Of a stretch of DNA of 64,000 nt, positions 23,622-40,212 are shown piece after piece. The stretch lies in assembly GCA_027468165.1 (NCBI GenBank), contig GCA_027468165.1_3951.1. One strand, 5' to 3'. The number at the start of each line of letters is the position of its first letter. Positions within the stretch are counted from its first letter, which is position 1. Source of the stretch: a phage. The position numbers and the translations under genes were made by a program. The notes under the pieces are model-generated. The model was not told the origin of the DNA. It worked only from the letters and a program-made list of their open reading frames with translations, and did not search any database.

Positions 23622-24968
23622 ATGAGTTCGAATATCTTCAGACTTGCTGATAGATTATTCAACCAACCTTTACTAGCCACTGAATCATTAGCTCACTCAG
23701 CAGCAACTTATGTGAATAACAGATTGCTGGGTGATGTCCAAGCAGCAGTAAACTTTGATAAACCTAAAGGTGAAGCAAGAAGTCTTTTAAAAGTAAAAGA
23801 TGACATTGCTATTATTCCTATTATGGGTGGTTTAACTCATCGTATGACATTCATTGATGCAATGTGTACAGGTGGTCTAAGCTCTTATGAAGGTTTACGT
23901 AGAGGCTTTGACGAAGCTTTAGCAGATGAGTCAATTAAGACTATTGTTCTGCATATTGATTCTGGTGGTGGTGAAGCTTCAGGTTGCTTTGAATTAGCAC
24001 GTCACATTATGGCTTCAAGAGGCCAAAAGAAAATTATTGCTTATGTAGATGAGTTCGCTTGTTCCGCTGCATATGCTCTTGCATCTTCTGCTGAAGAAAT
24101 TATTGCATCACCAGATGCAGATGTTGGTTCTATTGGTGTAATCATGGTTCATCAGGAATTAACTAAGGCATTTGAAAAGAATGGCGTAACAATTAACGTC
24201 ATTAAAGCTGGTGAGTTTAAAGGTATGGGTTCACCATTCCAAGCACTTTCAGAAGAAAGCAAAGAAAGACTTCAAAAGAGAATTAATGATACCTACGCAA
24301 CCTTTACAGGTTTTGTAGCTGAATCTCGTAATCTCTCTGAAGAAGCTGTAAAGAATACTGAGGCGAATGTTTATTCTGCTCAGGAAGCTCTTGAACTTGG
24401 TTTAATTAACTCAATCATGTCTCAAGATGATTTCTTAAATTACTTACAAGGTTCTGAAGAGGCTCCTGTAAGTTTAAACGTTAACAATTCAGGTGAAGAA
24501 ATGACTGAACAAGAAAAGCAAGAACTAGAAGCTTTGCGTCTTCAGGTTGCTCAAATGAAAGCTAAAGAACAGGAAGCTGCTTTGTCAGATTTGACTAATA
24601 AGATTTCTGCTTCTGCTGAAGCTTTTGGATTTGATGCAAAAGAAGCTGCAACGACTATTTTAGGTGCTGGTCTTGATAACCCTCTGAGTGTTCTGTTTAT
24701 GAATGCTATGGAAGGTGCTAACCAGAAACTTAATGAAACTATCGCATCCCATGCTTCTGCAATGGAAGAAAAAGAATCAGAGATTACCAAGCTGAAAGAA
24801 ACTGCTGGTGCTGTTCTTGAACATTCCAACGCTATGGAAGAAGTGGGTAATGACGGCGAAGCTGATTTGGTTGAAGAAGAAAAAGAACCAGCTAAGAATG
24901 CTTCCGAAGACACCGCTGAACAACGCAAACTGGCTCTCCAGAATGCTCTAAAATCTCTTATCAAATAA
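23622..24968 (+). CDS. Prohead protease (S49/ClpP-like) fused to coiled-coil scaffold-like C-terminus
   Basis: IIPIMGGL...VLHIDSGGGEASG...AYVDEFACSAAYALA matches the SppA/ClpP-type fold; C-terminal half is E/K/A-rich. Confidence 0.65.
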   Translation: MSSNIFRLADRLFNQPLLATESLAHSAATYVNNRLLGDVQAAVNFDKPKGEARSLLKVKDDIAIIPIMGGLTHRMTFIDAMCTGGLSSYEGLRRGFDEALADESIKTIVLHIDSGGGEASGCFELARHIMASRGQKKIIAYVDEFACSAAYALASSAEEIIASPDADVGSIGVIMVHQELTKAFEKNGVTINVIKAGEFKGMGSPFQALSEESKERLQKRINDTYATFTGFVAESRNLSEEAVKNTEANVYSAQEALELGLINSIMSQDDFLNYLQGSEEAPVSLNVNNSGEEMTEQEKQELEALRLQVAQMKAKEQEAALSDLTNKISASAEAFGFDAKEAATTILGAGLDNPLSVLFMNAMEGANQKLNETIASHASAMEEKESEITKLKETAGAVLEHSNAMEEVGNDGEADLVEEEKEPAKNASEDTAEQRKLALQNALKSLIK

Positions 24969-24979
24969 GGAACACAACA

Positions 24980-25357
24980 ATGGCATATCAAGGTTTTACT
25001 AAGTTAGGTAAAAGAGAACCTCTGAATGATATCATTCTTTGGGAACAGGTTACCCCAACAGGCCACTCTCGTAAAGAGTACACTCCGGTTGCTTCAACAG
25101 AATACCGTGTAGGTGAAGTTCTGAAAGCAGATGGTACTAAGGTTACAGCAGGGCAAGAAGCTCAGGCTGACTCTGTATGTATCGTTAACTTTTATGCAGA
25201 CTCACAACTGTCTTATCACGGTCAGTTGAAAGTGGTAGGTATCTACCGCGATGCAGAACTGAAAGACATGCTTACTCTTGAGTCTGGTGTTAATGCTGAG
25301 AACGTCAAGAAAGCTCTGGCTGCTAAAGGTATTGATTTCTTACCAACTGGCCTGTAA
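24980..25357 (+). CDS. Hypothetical head protein (125 aa; possible decoration protein)
   Basis: Position between protease and capsid genes. Confidence 0.45.
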   Translation: MAYQGFTKLGKREPLNDIILWEQVTPTGHSRKEYTPVASTEYRVGEVLKADGTKVTAGQEAQADSVCIVNFYADSQLSYHGQLKVVGIYRDAELKDMLTLESGVNAENVKKALAAKGIDFLPTGL

Positions 25358-25390
25358 TAACAATAATAAGACATTCTGGAGAATTTTACA

Positions 25391-26503
25391 ATGTTGACTA
25401 ATTCTGAAAAAAGCAGATTTTTCCTTGCTGACCTGACTGGTGAAGTCCAGTCTATCCCAAATACTTATGGGTATATTTCCAACTTAGGTCTGTTCCGTTC
25501 AGCACCAATTACCCAAACTACTTTCCTGATGGACTTAACTGATTGGGATGTTAGCTTGCTTGATGCGGTAGACCGTGATAGCCGTAAAGCAGAGACTAGC
25601 GCACCTGAGCGTGTTCGTCAAATCAGCTTCCCAATGATGTACTTCAAAGAAGTTGAAAGCATCACTCCTGATGAAATTCAGGGTGTACGTCAGCCAGGCA
25701 CTGCAAACGAACTGACTACTGAAGCTGTAGTACGTGCTAAGAAGCTGATGAAGATTCGTACCAAGTTCGATATTACTCGTGAGTTCCTGTTTATGCAAGC
25801 TCTGAAGGGTAAAGTTGTTGATGCTCGTGGTACTCTGTATGCTGACCTGTACAAGCAGTTCGACGTTGAGAAGAAGACTATTCACTTCGACCTTGACAAC
25901 CCTAATGCTGACATCGACGCTTCTATTGAAGAACTGCGTATGCACATGGAAGACGAAGCTAAGACTGGCACTGTAATCAACGGTGAAGAAATTCACGTAG
26001 TTGTTGACCGTGTATTCTTCAGCAAACTGACTAAGCATCCTAAGATTCGTGACGCTTATCTTGCACAGCAGACTCCACTGGCTTGGCAACAGATTACTGG
26101 CTCTCTGAGAACTGGTGGTACTGACGGCGTTCAGGCTCATATGAACACCTTCTACTACGGTGGTGTTAAGTTTGTCCAGTACAATGGTAAGTTCAAAGAC
26201 AAGCGTGGTAAGGTTCACACTCTGGTGAGCATTGATGGTGTTACTCAGGACGGAACTGTAGGTGTAGGTCACGCTTTCCCTAACGTTTCTATGCTGGGTG
26301 AAGCAAACAACATCTTCGAAGTGGCATATGGCCCATGTCCTAAGATGGGTTATGCAAATACACTTGGTCAGGAACTGTACGTATTCGAATACGAAAAAGA
26401 CCGTGACGAAGGTATTGACTTTGAAGCTCACTCTTACATGCTGCCATACTGTACTCGTCCTCAGTTGCTGGTAGACGTTCGTTCTGACGCTAAAGGCGAA
26501 TAA
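25391..26503 (+). CDS. Major capsid protein (putative)
   Basis: 370-aa ORF with strong SD after protease/scaffold; call is positional. Confidence 0.6.
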   Translation: MLTNSEKSRFFLADLTGEVQSIPNTYGYISNLGLFRSAPITQTTFLMDLTDWDVSLLDAVDRDSRKAETSAPERVRQISFPMMYFKEVESITPDEIQGVRQPGTANELTTEAVVRAKKLMKIRTKFDITREFLFMQALKGKVVDARGTLYADLYKQFDVEKKTIHFDLDNPNADIDASIEELRMHMEDEAKTGTVINGEEIHVVVDRVFFSKLTKHPKIRDAYLAQQTPLAWQQITGSLRTGGTDGVQAHMNTFYYGGVKFVQYNGKFKDKRGKVHTLVSIDGVTQDGTVGVGHAFPNVSMLGEANNIFEVAYGPCPKMGYANTLGQELYVFEYEKDRDEGIDFEAHSYMLPYCTRPQLLVDVRSDAKGE

Positions 26504-26524
26504 TATTCTTAAGGAGGGTTATGA

Positions 26525-26974
26525 ATGTGTTATACAGGCGACCCAGCCAATAACCCTCTTGATAGAGTAAGAATCCTCTGCACAGACACCAATAATGATG
26601 AAATTCTTATTGAGCAGTCTGTGCTAGAGTGGTTCTATCTAGAATCTGGAAAGGATGAAAAGAAAGCAGCCATCAAAGCTCTTAAATATTTACTCTTTCA
26701 AGTAGCCAAGATGGGAGATGAGAAGGTTGGTGGTGTTTACTTACGTAACTCTTCCAGATTCAAGTCTCTGAAGGCTGTTTATGACGACCTTGTTAAAAGC
26801 TCTGTTTCAGGACTACCCTATGCAGGTGGTATTAGTCAGTGTGATATTGACATGCGTCGTCATAATCCTTGCTCTGTCAAGAAATACACAGAATATGGTG
26901 ATGCTGCTAGATACGAAGGCAGAGATTACTGCAACCGTGTTAATGGCGTATTTATTATCGAGCGAGATGAATAA
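26525..26974 (+). CDS. Hypothetical head-tail joining protein (149 aa)
   Basis: ORF track; position. Confidence 0.45.
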   Translation: MCYTGDPANNPLDRVRILCTDTNNDEILIEQSVLEWFYLESGKDEKKAAIKALKYLLFQVAKMGDEKVGGVYLRNSSRFKSLKAVYDDLVKSSVSGLPYAGGISQCDIDMRRHNPCSVKKYTEYGDAARYEGRDYCNRVNGVFIIERDE

Positions 26975-27456
26975 TGGTTAAAAGGGTTATTCACCCCGCT
27001 AGAGCAAAATTAGTCGGGGCTATGAAGAACTTGCACACGGCTAATGCTCAAGTTGGGTATTTTCAAGAACAAGGTCAACATAGCTCTGGTTTTTCTTATC
27101 CTGCTTTAATGTACTTACAAGAAGTTATTGGGGTTCCTTCAGCTTCTGGTAAAGTATATCGTAGGTTGTTTGAAATCACTATGATGCTAAACAGACAGAC
27201 CTTGTTAGAGCAGACTAAGAAGAATCTATATAAGCAACTTAGCAGTCTCAACACAGACCCTTCAAACACCTTAGAAGCATTTGCAAAGAATGCTCAGAAG
27301 GCAATTAAAAGAGGTTTTGGTAATTCTGCTATCCTCCCTCCTAACGCACCTTCCACAGTCAAGAAAAAAGGCTTTAACGCACCTCTTGTTGAGACAGGTG
27401 ACTTAAGGGATAACCTTGCTTATAAAATTTCTACTAAGAAGGGTATTAAAAAATGA
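26974..27456 (+). CDS. Hypothetical head-tail joining protein (160 aa)
   Basis: ORF track; coupled starts. Confidence 0.45.
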   Translation: MVKRVIHPARAKLVGAMKNLHTANAQVGYFQEQGQHSSGFSYPALMYLQEVIGVPSASGKVYRRLFEITMMLNRQTLLEQTKKNLYKQLSSLNTDPSNTLEAFAKNAQKAIKRGFGNSAILPPNAPSTVKKKGFNAPLVETGDLRDNLAYKISTKKGIKK

Positions 27457-27854
27457 GACTCTTAAACAGACACAGCTTTATAGTAAAGCGTAAAGTCTCT
27501 GAAGACGGTTATTATAATGATGATGGTGATTGGGTAGCTTCACAAGATATTGTAGAGGTTAACTGTAAAGGTAATATCCAGCCATACATCAAAGGTTCTG
27601 TAAAGAATGGTACACAGATTGCTTTACCGGAAGGTATTAGGCTTACCGATACAAGAATCCTGTATACTACATATAAACTTAGAACTTCAGATGATGTAGA
27701 GTGGAATGAGTCTGATATTGTTATGATTGATGGTCATGAGTATGAAGTATTTATGACTATGGATTGGTCACAGCAATTAGCCCATACGTCCCATTATGAA
27801 TATATCATTATTAGAAGGGATAAAATGAATGCAGTTAGAAACAGCAGAACTTGA
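27453..27854 (+). CDS. Hypothetical protein (133 aa)
   Basis: ORF track. Confidence 0.45.
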   Translation: MRLLNRHSFIVKRKVSEDGYYNDDGDWVASQDIVEVNCKGNIQPYIKGSVKNGTQIALPEGIRLTDTRILYTTYKLRTSDDVEWNESDIVMIDGHEYEVFMTMDWSQQLAHTSHYEYIIIRRDKMNAVRNSRT

Positions 27855-28428
27855 AAAAGGTCTAGTTAGAACCTTAGTGGATGTTATTGGTCACAGACTA
27901 GCTCGTGATAAAAATAATAGACCAAATGTAATTAGAGCTTACCCTTCTGATAACTCAAATGACAAAGGTTTAAAACCTGACCAGCCATTCATTACCGTAT
28001 ATTGTCAAGATGCTGCAACACCTTATGGTTGGGTTCTTGATAAGTTTGTTGAGGATGATGTAGTTTGCTACAGAATTGCTTTTCAGATTCCAGTATTGAT
28101 TACGGTAAATGGTAAAGGTGCTCACAGTATTATGCTTGAGCTTAAACAACGATTAGAGATGAGTTCAGTCAGAGATTTAATTCTTGAAGAGACAGGAGCT
28201 ACAGTTCTAGATACTGGAGCTATCCCAAATGACTATACTTATCTTAATACAGATTTCGAAAATTCTGCACCTCTTGTTGTAACTCTTGTAAAAAATTCAG
28301 TCCTGAAAGATGAACGTGGAGGTATTATTGAACGTGTCATCGTTGATGGTGAATTAGTTTACGAAGAAGGACAAGAGCCACCAGAATATACTATCCATCT
28401 AGATGTAGACTCCAAAGGGGTAAAATAA
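27829..28428 (+). CDS. Hypothetical protein (199 aa)
   Basis: ORF track. Confidence 0.45.
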   Translation: MQLETAELEKGLVRTLVDVIGHRLARDKNNRPNVIRAYPSDNSNDKGLKPDQPFITVYCQDAATPYGWVLDKFVEDDVVCYRIAFQIPVLITVNGKGAHSIMLELKQRLEMSSVRDLILEETGATVLDTGAIPNDYTYLNTDFENSAPLVVTLVKNSVLKDERGGIIERVIVDGELVYEEGQEPPEYTIHLDVDSKGVK

Positions 28429-29781
28429 ATGTGGAATCCAATTGTTAATGTAGATATTACATTGAACACCGCAGGAACTACAAGAGAAGGTTTTGGGCTA
28501 CCACTATTTTTAGCTTCAACAGATAACTTTGAAGAAAGAGTGCGTGGTTACACTTCCTTAACTGAAGTTGCTGAAGATTTCGATGAGAAGTCTGCTGCAT
28601 ATAAGGCTGCTAAACAACTTTGGAGTCAAACTCCTAAAGTAACTCAGCTTTATATTGGTAGACGTGCTATGCAGTACACTGTATCAATTCCTGATGCCGT
28701 TACCGAAAGTACAGACTATTCTTTAACTGTAGCTGCTGGCGGTGGAATTTCTCAACCATATCAGTATACAGCAAAAAGCTCAGACACTGCTGAAGTAGTG
28801 TTGCAACAGTTTAAAACACAGATTGAAGCTGACCCAACAATCAAAGATAAGGTTTCTGTGAACGTAACTGGTAGTGGTTCTTCTACCACAATGGTTATTA
28901 CCAAAGCTGGTGATAATGATTTTGTGAAAGTAACAACTACAGCACAAACAGTGTCAATTGCAAGTACAACTGCTGATACAGCGTCAACTGCTCTGGCAGC
29001 CATTGAAGCTTATTCTACTGACTGGTATTTCATTGCAGCAGAAGACAGAACTCAACAGTTTGTCTTAGCAATGGCTTCTGAGATTCAGGCTCGCAAGAAA
29101 ATCTTCTTCACTGCTAACTCTGATGTAGCAGCACTGCAAGGCACAGAATTAAACAGTGCAAATGATGTTCCAGCACAGCTTGCTAAGAACATGTACACCC
29201 GTACAGTTTGCTTGTGGCATCACACAGCAGCAGAAGACTATCCAGAGATGGCATACATTGCTTATGGTGCTCCATATGATGCAGGTTCAATTGCTTGGGG
29301 TAACGCACAGTTAACTGGCGTAGCTGCTTCTCTACAACCATCTAATCAGAGACCTCTGACAAGTATTCAGAAGTCAGCTTTAGATGCACGTCACTGTAAC
29401 TTTATTGACCTTGATGGTGGTGTTCCAGTGGTTCGTAGAGGGATTACTTCTGGTGGGGAATGGATTGATATCATCCGTGGTGTTGACTGGTTAGAATCAG
29501 ACCTGAAAACTTCTCTGAGAGACTTGCTAATTAACCAGAAGGGTGGTAAGATTACTTATGATGATACTGGTATTACCCGTATTCGTCAAGTCATTGAAAC
29601 CTCTCTACAAAGAGCAGTCAACAGAAACTTCCTGTCATCTTACACAGTTAATGTTCCTAAAGCCTCTCAAGTTGCTTTAGCAGACAAGAAAGCTCGTATC
29701 CTGAAAGATGTTACCTTCGCAGGTATCTTAGCAGGGGCTATCTTGGATGTTGACTTGAAAGGTACAGTGGCTTACGAATAA
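28429..29781 (+). CDS. Tail sheath protein (putative)
   Basis: 450-aa ORF followed by a 148-aa ORF, chaperone pair and tape measure, the conserved contractile-tail gene order. Confidence 0.55.
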   Translation: MWNPIVNVDITLNTAGTTREGFGLPLFLASTDNFEERVRGYTSLTEVAEDFDEKSAAYKAAKQLWSQTPKVTQLYIGRRAMQYTVSIPDAVTESTDYSLTVAAGGGISQPYQYTAKSSDTAEVVLQQFKTQIEADPTIKDKVSVNVTGSGSSTTMVITKAGDNDFVKVTTTAQTVSIASTTADTASTALAAIEAYSTDWYFIAAEDRTQQFVLAMASEIQARKKIFFTANSDVAALQGTELNSANDVPAQLAKNMYTRTVCLWHHTAAEDYPEMAYIAYGAPYDAGSIAWGNAQLTGVAASLQPSNQRPLTSIQKSALDARHCNFIDLDGGVPVVRRGITSGGEWIDIIRGVDWLESDLKTSLRDLLINQKGGKITYDDTGITRIRQVIETSLQRAVNRNFLSSYTVNVPKASQVALADKKARILKDVTFAGILAGAILDVDLKGTVAYE

Positions 29782-29796
29782 TAGAGGTAAATTGGA

Positions 29797-30243
29797 ATGG
29801 CTATGTATCAGCAATATTCCCCTAAAGACGTTGTATGTAGCTGGAACGGCATTGCTATTGAAGGCTTTGCTCCAGATTCATTCTTACGTCTACAGAGAAC
29901 ATCACCACTTATTACACCAGTTGTAGGTGCAGGTGGTCAGGTTGCTCTGACAAGAAATGCAGACAAGACAGGTACTATTGAGATTGAGCTAATGCAGACT
30001 TCTCTCTCTAATCAGATGCTTTCTGCAATTCAAGCTAAACAAGACAATATGGAACTTGAAGAAGATATCTCTTCTAACTTCGTAATCTACGACCCATCAG
30101 GCTCTGTTCTGGCAACTGGTATTAATGCTTGGTTGCAGGAACTACCACAGATTGAACTTGGTCGTGACCAGAACTCTAAGACTTGGATTTTTGGTTGTGA
30201 GAAGCTAGACTACACTTCTACAATTCCAGCGTCAAGTGTTTAA
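29797..30243 (+). CDS. Tail tube protein (putative)
   Basis: Position and size; followed by a strong terminator. Confidence 0.5.
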   Translation: MAMYQQYSPKDVVCSWNGIAIEGFAPDSFLRLQRTSPLITPVVGAGGQVALTRNADKTGTIEIELMQTSLSNQMLSAIQAKQDNMELEEDISSNFVIYDPSGSVLATGINAWLQELPQIELGRDQNSKTWIFGCEKLDYTSTIPASSV

Positions 30244-30255
30244 TAAATCCTATAA

Positions 30256-30288
30256 GGGGGAGACTTTAAAAGGTCTTCCCCTTTTTTG
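30256..30288 (+). terminator. Intrinsic terminator (GGGGGAGAC ... GTCTTCCCC followed by TTTTTT)
   Basis: Long GC stem plus T6 after sheath/tube genes. Confidence 0.8.
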
Positions 30289-30316
30289 TTTCTTTTAAAA
30301 GTATTAAGGAATCACA

Positions 30317-30715
30317 ATGAAAACAGAAGCTAGAGTAATTAATGGTAAGAAAGTAAATATCGTTCTGCTTGGGGCAAGAGATGGTATTAAGATGTCTATG
30401 AAGTTGGGTAAAATTGTTGTTCCGACTTTTGCACAGATGCTATCAAGTCTGACTGATAAAGATAAGAAAGAAGTCCCAATGGTTCCATTTAAAGAACTTG
30501 TTGAGGCTTGTTTTGACAGAATTGAAGAAATTAACCTTGAAGAAATGGCTACCATGTTATTTCAAGGGGCAACTGTTGATGACTTCCCACTTAATATTGA
30601 TACATACTTCCAAGCAAACTATGGTGAATTTATTGATTACTTAGCATTTGCGCTGGAGGCAAACTTCGGAAGTTTTTTCGAAGCAAGCATTTTCAAAAGC
30701 CTAACTTCTCAGTAA
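30317..30715 (+). CDS. Tail assembly chaperone (G-like)
   Basis: Position immediately upstream of tape measure; slippery heptamer near 3' end. Confidence 0.6.
   Translation: MKTEARVINGKKVNIVLLGARDGIKMSMKLGKIVVPTFAQMLSSLTDKDKKEVPMVPFKELVEACFDRIEEINLEEMATMLFQGATVDDFPLNIDTYFQANYGEFIDYLAFALEANFGSFFEASIFKSLTSQ
30673..30679 (+). promoter_or_regulatory. Candidate -1 programmed frameshift site T_TTT_TTC
   Basis: X_XXY_YYZ heptamer in frame of ORF 30317-30715; the -1 frame is open from here through ORF 30718-30957. Confidence 0.5.
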
Positions 30716-30717
30716 AC

Positions 30718-30956
30718 ATGGGTAACACTCTACAGACACCACTAACTGATGCTGCTGTAGAGGCAACCTATGAAGAAGCAGACGAGATGAAATTTGTGCT
30801 TGCTATTTATGGTATGGAAGGGTGTAAAGAAACACTTGACCAACTCTTTGCTATGACATTCTCTGATTTATTATCATTGAGACAATTTCTTGAAATTCAG
30901 AGGTCGTATAAAGAGGAAATTGCTTACAACGAACTTAGAAGAGCAGGAAAAATGTA

Positions 30957-30957
<1 letters not shown>
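30718..30957 (+). CDS. Tail assembly chaperone extension ORF (GT-like; probably expressed by -1 frameshift from 30317)
   Basis: ORF in -1 frame relative to upstream chaperone; abuts tape measure start. Confidence 0.5.
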
Positions 30958-36359
<5,402 letters not shown>

Positions 36360-36360
<1 letters not shown>

Positions 36361-37829
36361 TGGCAGGATTAACTACAACAGGATTACAAACTCTAAGATA
36401 TCAGGAAATTTTTGATAATATCAAATCAAGACTTCTTAGAGATATTTCACCAAACCTTGACGTTTCTGAAGATAGTCAATTAGGCCTCTTCCTAGCTTCA
36501 ATTGCAAGGTCTTTAGCAGATACTCACGAGATTCTATCAGAAGTCTATGATGGTGGAACAATTGACAAGGCCGAAGGCTTTAACCTTGATGATATTACCG
36601 CTTTAAACGCTGTATATAGGTATGTTGCACAGGCAACAAGAGGTCAGGTGGAGTTTACTGGAACAACTGGTGCTACCATTCCTTCAACAACAAGATTAAG
36701 AAGTACTGCCGGAAACATCTTTTATCCAGTTAACAACATTACCCTTACCCCATCATATTGTGTTGAAGCTGTCCTTGAAGTTAACTCTTTACGAACTGAT
36801 GCAGATTATGTTATTATTATTGATAACGTCATTTTCTCATATAAACCAACCTCATCAGATACAATCACCACACTTCTAACAAAATTAGCAGAAGCTATTA
36901 ATGGTGGTATTGTAGCAAAGGCAGAAGTCATTAATGATGGAGCAGCATTAAAAATCTATAAAGATGAGGGTGATATCATTGCAAGAACAAACCCTATGGT
37001 TGTCACTGCAACAACGTTTCTGACCTTTACAAAAATTACAACTATTTCAGATGTAGTAGCTGAAGAGGTTGGTGCTACCCCTGCTTTAGCTGGTACACTT
37101 ATTGAGATTGAGACAACTGTTGATGGTCTTGACAGTATTTATAACAGATATGACTTAACAACTGGTAGAAACGAAGAAACTGACACAGAACTTAGACAGA
37201 GATATTTAGAGTCCTTAGCAGTTACTGGTGTAGGAACTTTGGATGCAATTGTAGCTGCTGTTAAAAGAGTTCAAGGTGTCTCAGATGCTTCAGGTGTTGA
37301 AAATGATACTGAAGAAACAAACTCAGAAGGTCTCCCACCAAAATCTTTTAAGATTGTTGTAGTTGGCGGTCAAAATGATAATGTTGCTCAAGCAATCTGG
37401 GATACAAAACCTGCTGGTATTAGAGCTTATGGCTCAATTTTTGGTACAGCCCATGATTTAGGTGGTTTAGCACACAATATCTATTTTAGCAGACCAACAC
37501 CAAAATACGCATTTGTTAAGGTCTCTTACTCTCTATATGATGAAGAAAGCTTGACAATCCCTGAAGAGGATATCAGAGACAGTATTGTACAAGGTATTAA
37601 TGCCTACGGAAGAACTCTTAAGGTTGGTAATGATGTTATCCCTAACAGAATCTATGGACATATCTATGACGTAATTAAAGGTATTGAGATTAATGAAGTT
37701 AAAGTAGCATTATCAAATAACCAATCAGTTCCACCTAGTGACGGACAATATACTACAGCAAGAATTACTGTTGACGGTGACCAATATACTGTTTGGGAAA
37801 GCAGCCAGTATACCATCACTAAGGAGTAA
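36360..37829 (+). CDS. Baseplate wedge protein (gpJ-like, 489 aa)
   Basis: Position and size. Confidence 0.5.
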
Positions 37830-37831
37830 TA

Positions 37832-38686
37832 ATGTTTGAAAAGATTGATAGTGTTTATTACAAAACACTTGATGAACGAACTGTAACACAGTTTAAAGAT
37901 AAGTTTATCTACACAAGCATCTTGAAAGCAGTCACTGATGAGTTACAAACGCTAGAGGATGTTTGCTGGCAGATGCACACAGAGAGAAATATCAGGACGT
38001 CAGTAGGCCAACAACTTGATAATATTGGCTCACTGATTAAAGTTCCTAGACCTTTAGGTGCTGATGATGAAACATATAGAGCTATGCTTTATATCCAAAT
38101 CTTCCTAAGACGCTCTGACACTACTCCTACATTCTTGCAAAAAGCAATTATGACACTGTATGGTGCAACTTTCTCTCAGATTTTTGAGCATATTACTCCT
38201 AAGACTGGTGGTATCGTTATCCGTATTAACACCAGAAAAAACGTTCTTGATGCTGCATATACGCTATCAAAGATTTCTGCAACAACCACTGGTTCTGCTG
38301 TTATCTTAAGAGATGTTACTTTAAAGGGGACTGCTTGGACACCTGTAGAGGTTGCTGATTCAGCACTTGCCATTGTTGATGATAAAGAGAACTGGTTTGT
38401 AACTGATGCTAACAGAGGTCTGGTAACAAATAACACTGGTGGCTCTCTGGAGTCTAACCTAGTAGGGAGTCTTGCAGATGCTGGTGTTATTGATGGTTAC
38501 TTTAAGGTTGACAGAACAGCAAACTCACAGAGTGATGATTACATGACTGTAGATAGGTCTAATAAAAGTGGATATTTCATCATTGGTAAAGAAGCTGTTG
38601 CAGGTGGTGCATACGGAATCATGGCTGAGGTTGCACAAATTGTCAAAGGCAGAAAAGATAAATCACAACAAGAAGGAAATTCTTAA
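37832..38686 (+). CDS. Baseplate/tail-fibre attachment protein (284 aa)
   Basis: Position. Confidence 0.45.
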   Translation: MFEKIDSVYYKTLDERTVTQFKDKFIYTSILKAVTDELQTLEDVCWQMHTERNIRTSVGQQLDNIGSLIKVPRPLGADDETYRAMLYIQIFLRRSDTTPTFLQKAIMTLYGATFSQIFEHITPKTGGIVIRINTRKNVLDAAYTLSKISATTTGSAVILRDVTLKGTAWTPVEVADSALAIVDDKENWFVTDANRGLVTNNTGGSLESNLVGSLADAGVIDGYFKVDRTANSQSDDYMTVDRSNKSGYFIIGKEAVAGGAYGIMAEVAQIVKGRKDKSQQEGNS

Positions 38687-38988
38687 TGGCAGTTTTAAAT
38701 TGGTCTACAAATGAAGTGGATACCGATGGTAATCAGTTAAAAGTTTTACCACCACCGGAAATTCAAGAGACAGGTCTTTTAAAGGGTGAGCCTATGGGTA
38801 GGCAGTGGTTCAACTATATTATCAACTACCTGCTGAATAAAGTAAACGGCACTGTTGGTGAAGTTCGCTCATATGCAACTGAGCAACCAGATTTAGTGGC
38901 TAATGGCTGGAATCTGATTAAGTCTGAGACAGGGACTGCATCAACAAGTACAAGAAACCTTTACACATATGAATATGTAGGAGCTTAA
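38686..38988 (+). CDS. Hypothetical tail protein (100 aa)
   Basis: ORF track. Confidence 0.45.
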   Translation: MAVLNWSTNEVDTDGNQLKVLPPPEIQETGLLKGEPMGRQWFNYIINYLLNKVNGTVGEVRSYATEQPDLVANGWNLIKSETGTASTSTRNLYTYEYVGA

Positions 38989-38990
38989 TA

Positions 38991-40166
38991 ATGGCAGTAG
39001 GTGAAATTCAAATTAGTGCCTTGCCACAAGCGGCCTTACCAATTGATTTGAGTGATATCTTCCATCTTAAGCAAGGTGTTGAGGATAAAAGATGTACGCT
39101 TGAACAATTGTTAGCACCTCACGCATCTTTGAGGAATAACCCTCATGGTGTAACTAAATCACAAGTTGGTCTTGATAATGTTATTAACTCTCTACAATTA
39201 GTTGCAGCTAATAACTTGTCAGACATTGTGAATGTTGCTGAGGCAAGAGCGAATCTGCAAATTATGTCTTCAGATGAAGTGAACAGTTTAATTAAGAGAC
39301 ATATCGACGACAAAAGCAACCCACACAATACAACTAAAGCACAGGTTGGGTTAAGTAATGTTCAGAACTGGACAACATCAAACCTGTACAATGAAGATGC
39401 TGATAAGTATGCTACCGCGAGAGCAGTGAATAATTTATACAAAGCTATCCAAGCATCATATCCAGTAGGGACTATTCATCTATCTGTTAACTCTACTAAT
39501 CCATCTACTTACTTGCTTTGTGGGGGTACTTGGGAGTTAGTATCTAAAGGTAAGGCACTAGTTGGTTATGATACAGATTCTAGACCTGTTGGTTCAACGT
39601 TTGGTTCTCAGACTGTAGCATTAACAAATAATAATTTACCGGCGCACACCCACTCTATCTATTTAACAGGTGGTGGCCATACACACTCTGCAAGTGTATC
39701 TATCTCCAGTTTTGATTATGGTTCAAGAAGTACATCAACTTTCGATTATGGTACGAAGGCAACCGATGGTGCTGGTGCTCACACTCACACTTTTAGTGGC
39801 ACGACAAGTAATGCTGGTAACCACAACCATAGAGTACCACTGAGAGGTAATGATAGGAGTGGGTGGAATGCTATTACCGCGTCTGCTGATGCTGGGGTTG
39901 GTAACGCTTCGTATACTGATTTAGCAGGTGCTCACACCCATAGCTTCTCAGGCACAACTGCATCATCTGGTGCTCATAGCCATACTGTTGCAATTGGTGC
40001 TCATAGCCACACTGTTAGTATCGGTTCACACAGTCATACTGGCACTGTTACTGTTTCTAGCTCAGAGCATACGCACTCAGGCACATCTGGCTCTGTTGGT
40101 GGTGGTCAGGCTTTCAGTGTTGAGCAGCCATCTTTTGTAGTATATGTATGGCAGAGAACAGCTTAG
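38991..40166 (+). CDS. Tail fibre protein with His-rich (HxH) C-terminal module
   Basis: Repeated GAHTHS/HSHTV motifs; C-terminus ...AFSVEQPSFVVYVWQRTA paralogous to the end of the next gene. Confidence 0.65.
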   Translation: MAVGEIQISALPQAALPIDLSDIFHLKQGVEDKRCTLEQLLAPHASLRNNPHGVTKSQVGLDNVINSLQLVAANNLSDIVNVAEARANLQIMSSDEVNSLIKRHIDDKSNPHNTTKAQVGLSNVQNWTTSNLYNEDADKYATARAVNNLYKAIQASYPVGTIHLSVNSTNPSTYLLCGGTWELVSKGKALVGYDTDSRPVGSTFGSQTVALTNNNLPAHTHSIYLTGGGHTHSASVSISSFDYGSRSTSTFDYGTKATDGAGAHTHTFSGTTSNAGNHNHRVPLRGNDRSGWNAITASADAGVGNASYTDLAGAHTHSFSGTTASSGAHSHTVAIGAHSHTVSIGSHSHTGTVTVSSSEHTHSGTSGSVGGGQAFSVEQPSFVVYVWQRTA

Positions 40167-40176
40167 TTTCTTTACA

Positions 40177-40199
40177 GGGGCTTTATAGCCCCTTTTAAG
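40177..40199 (+). terminator. Intrinsic terminator (GGGGCT-TTATA-GCCCC followed by TTTTAAG)
   Basis: Read directly. Confidence 0.7.
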
Positions 40200-40212
40200 A
40201 GGAAAATTTATA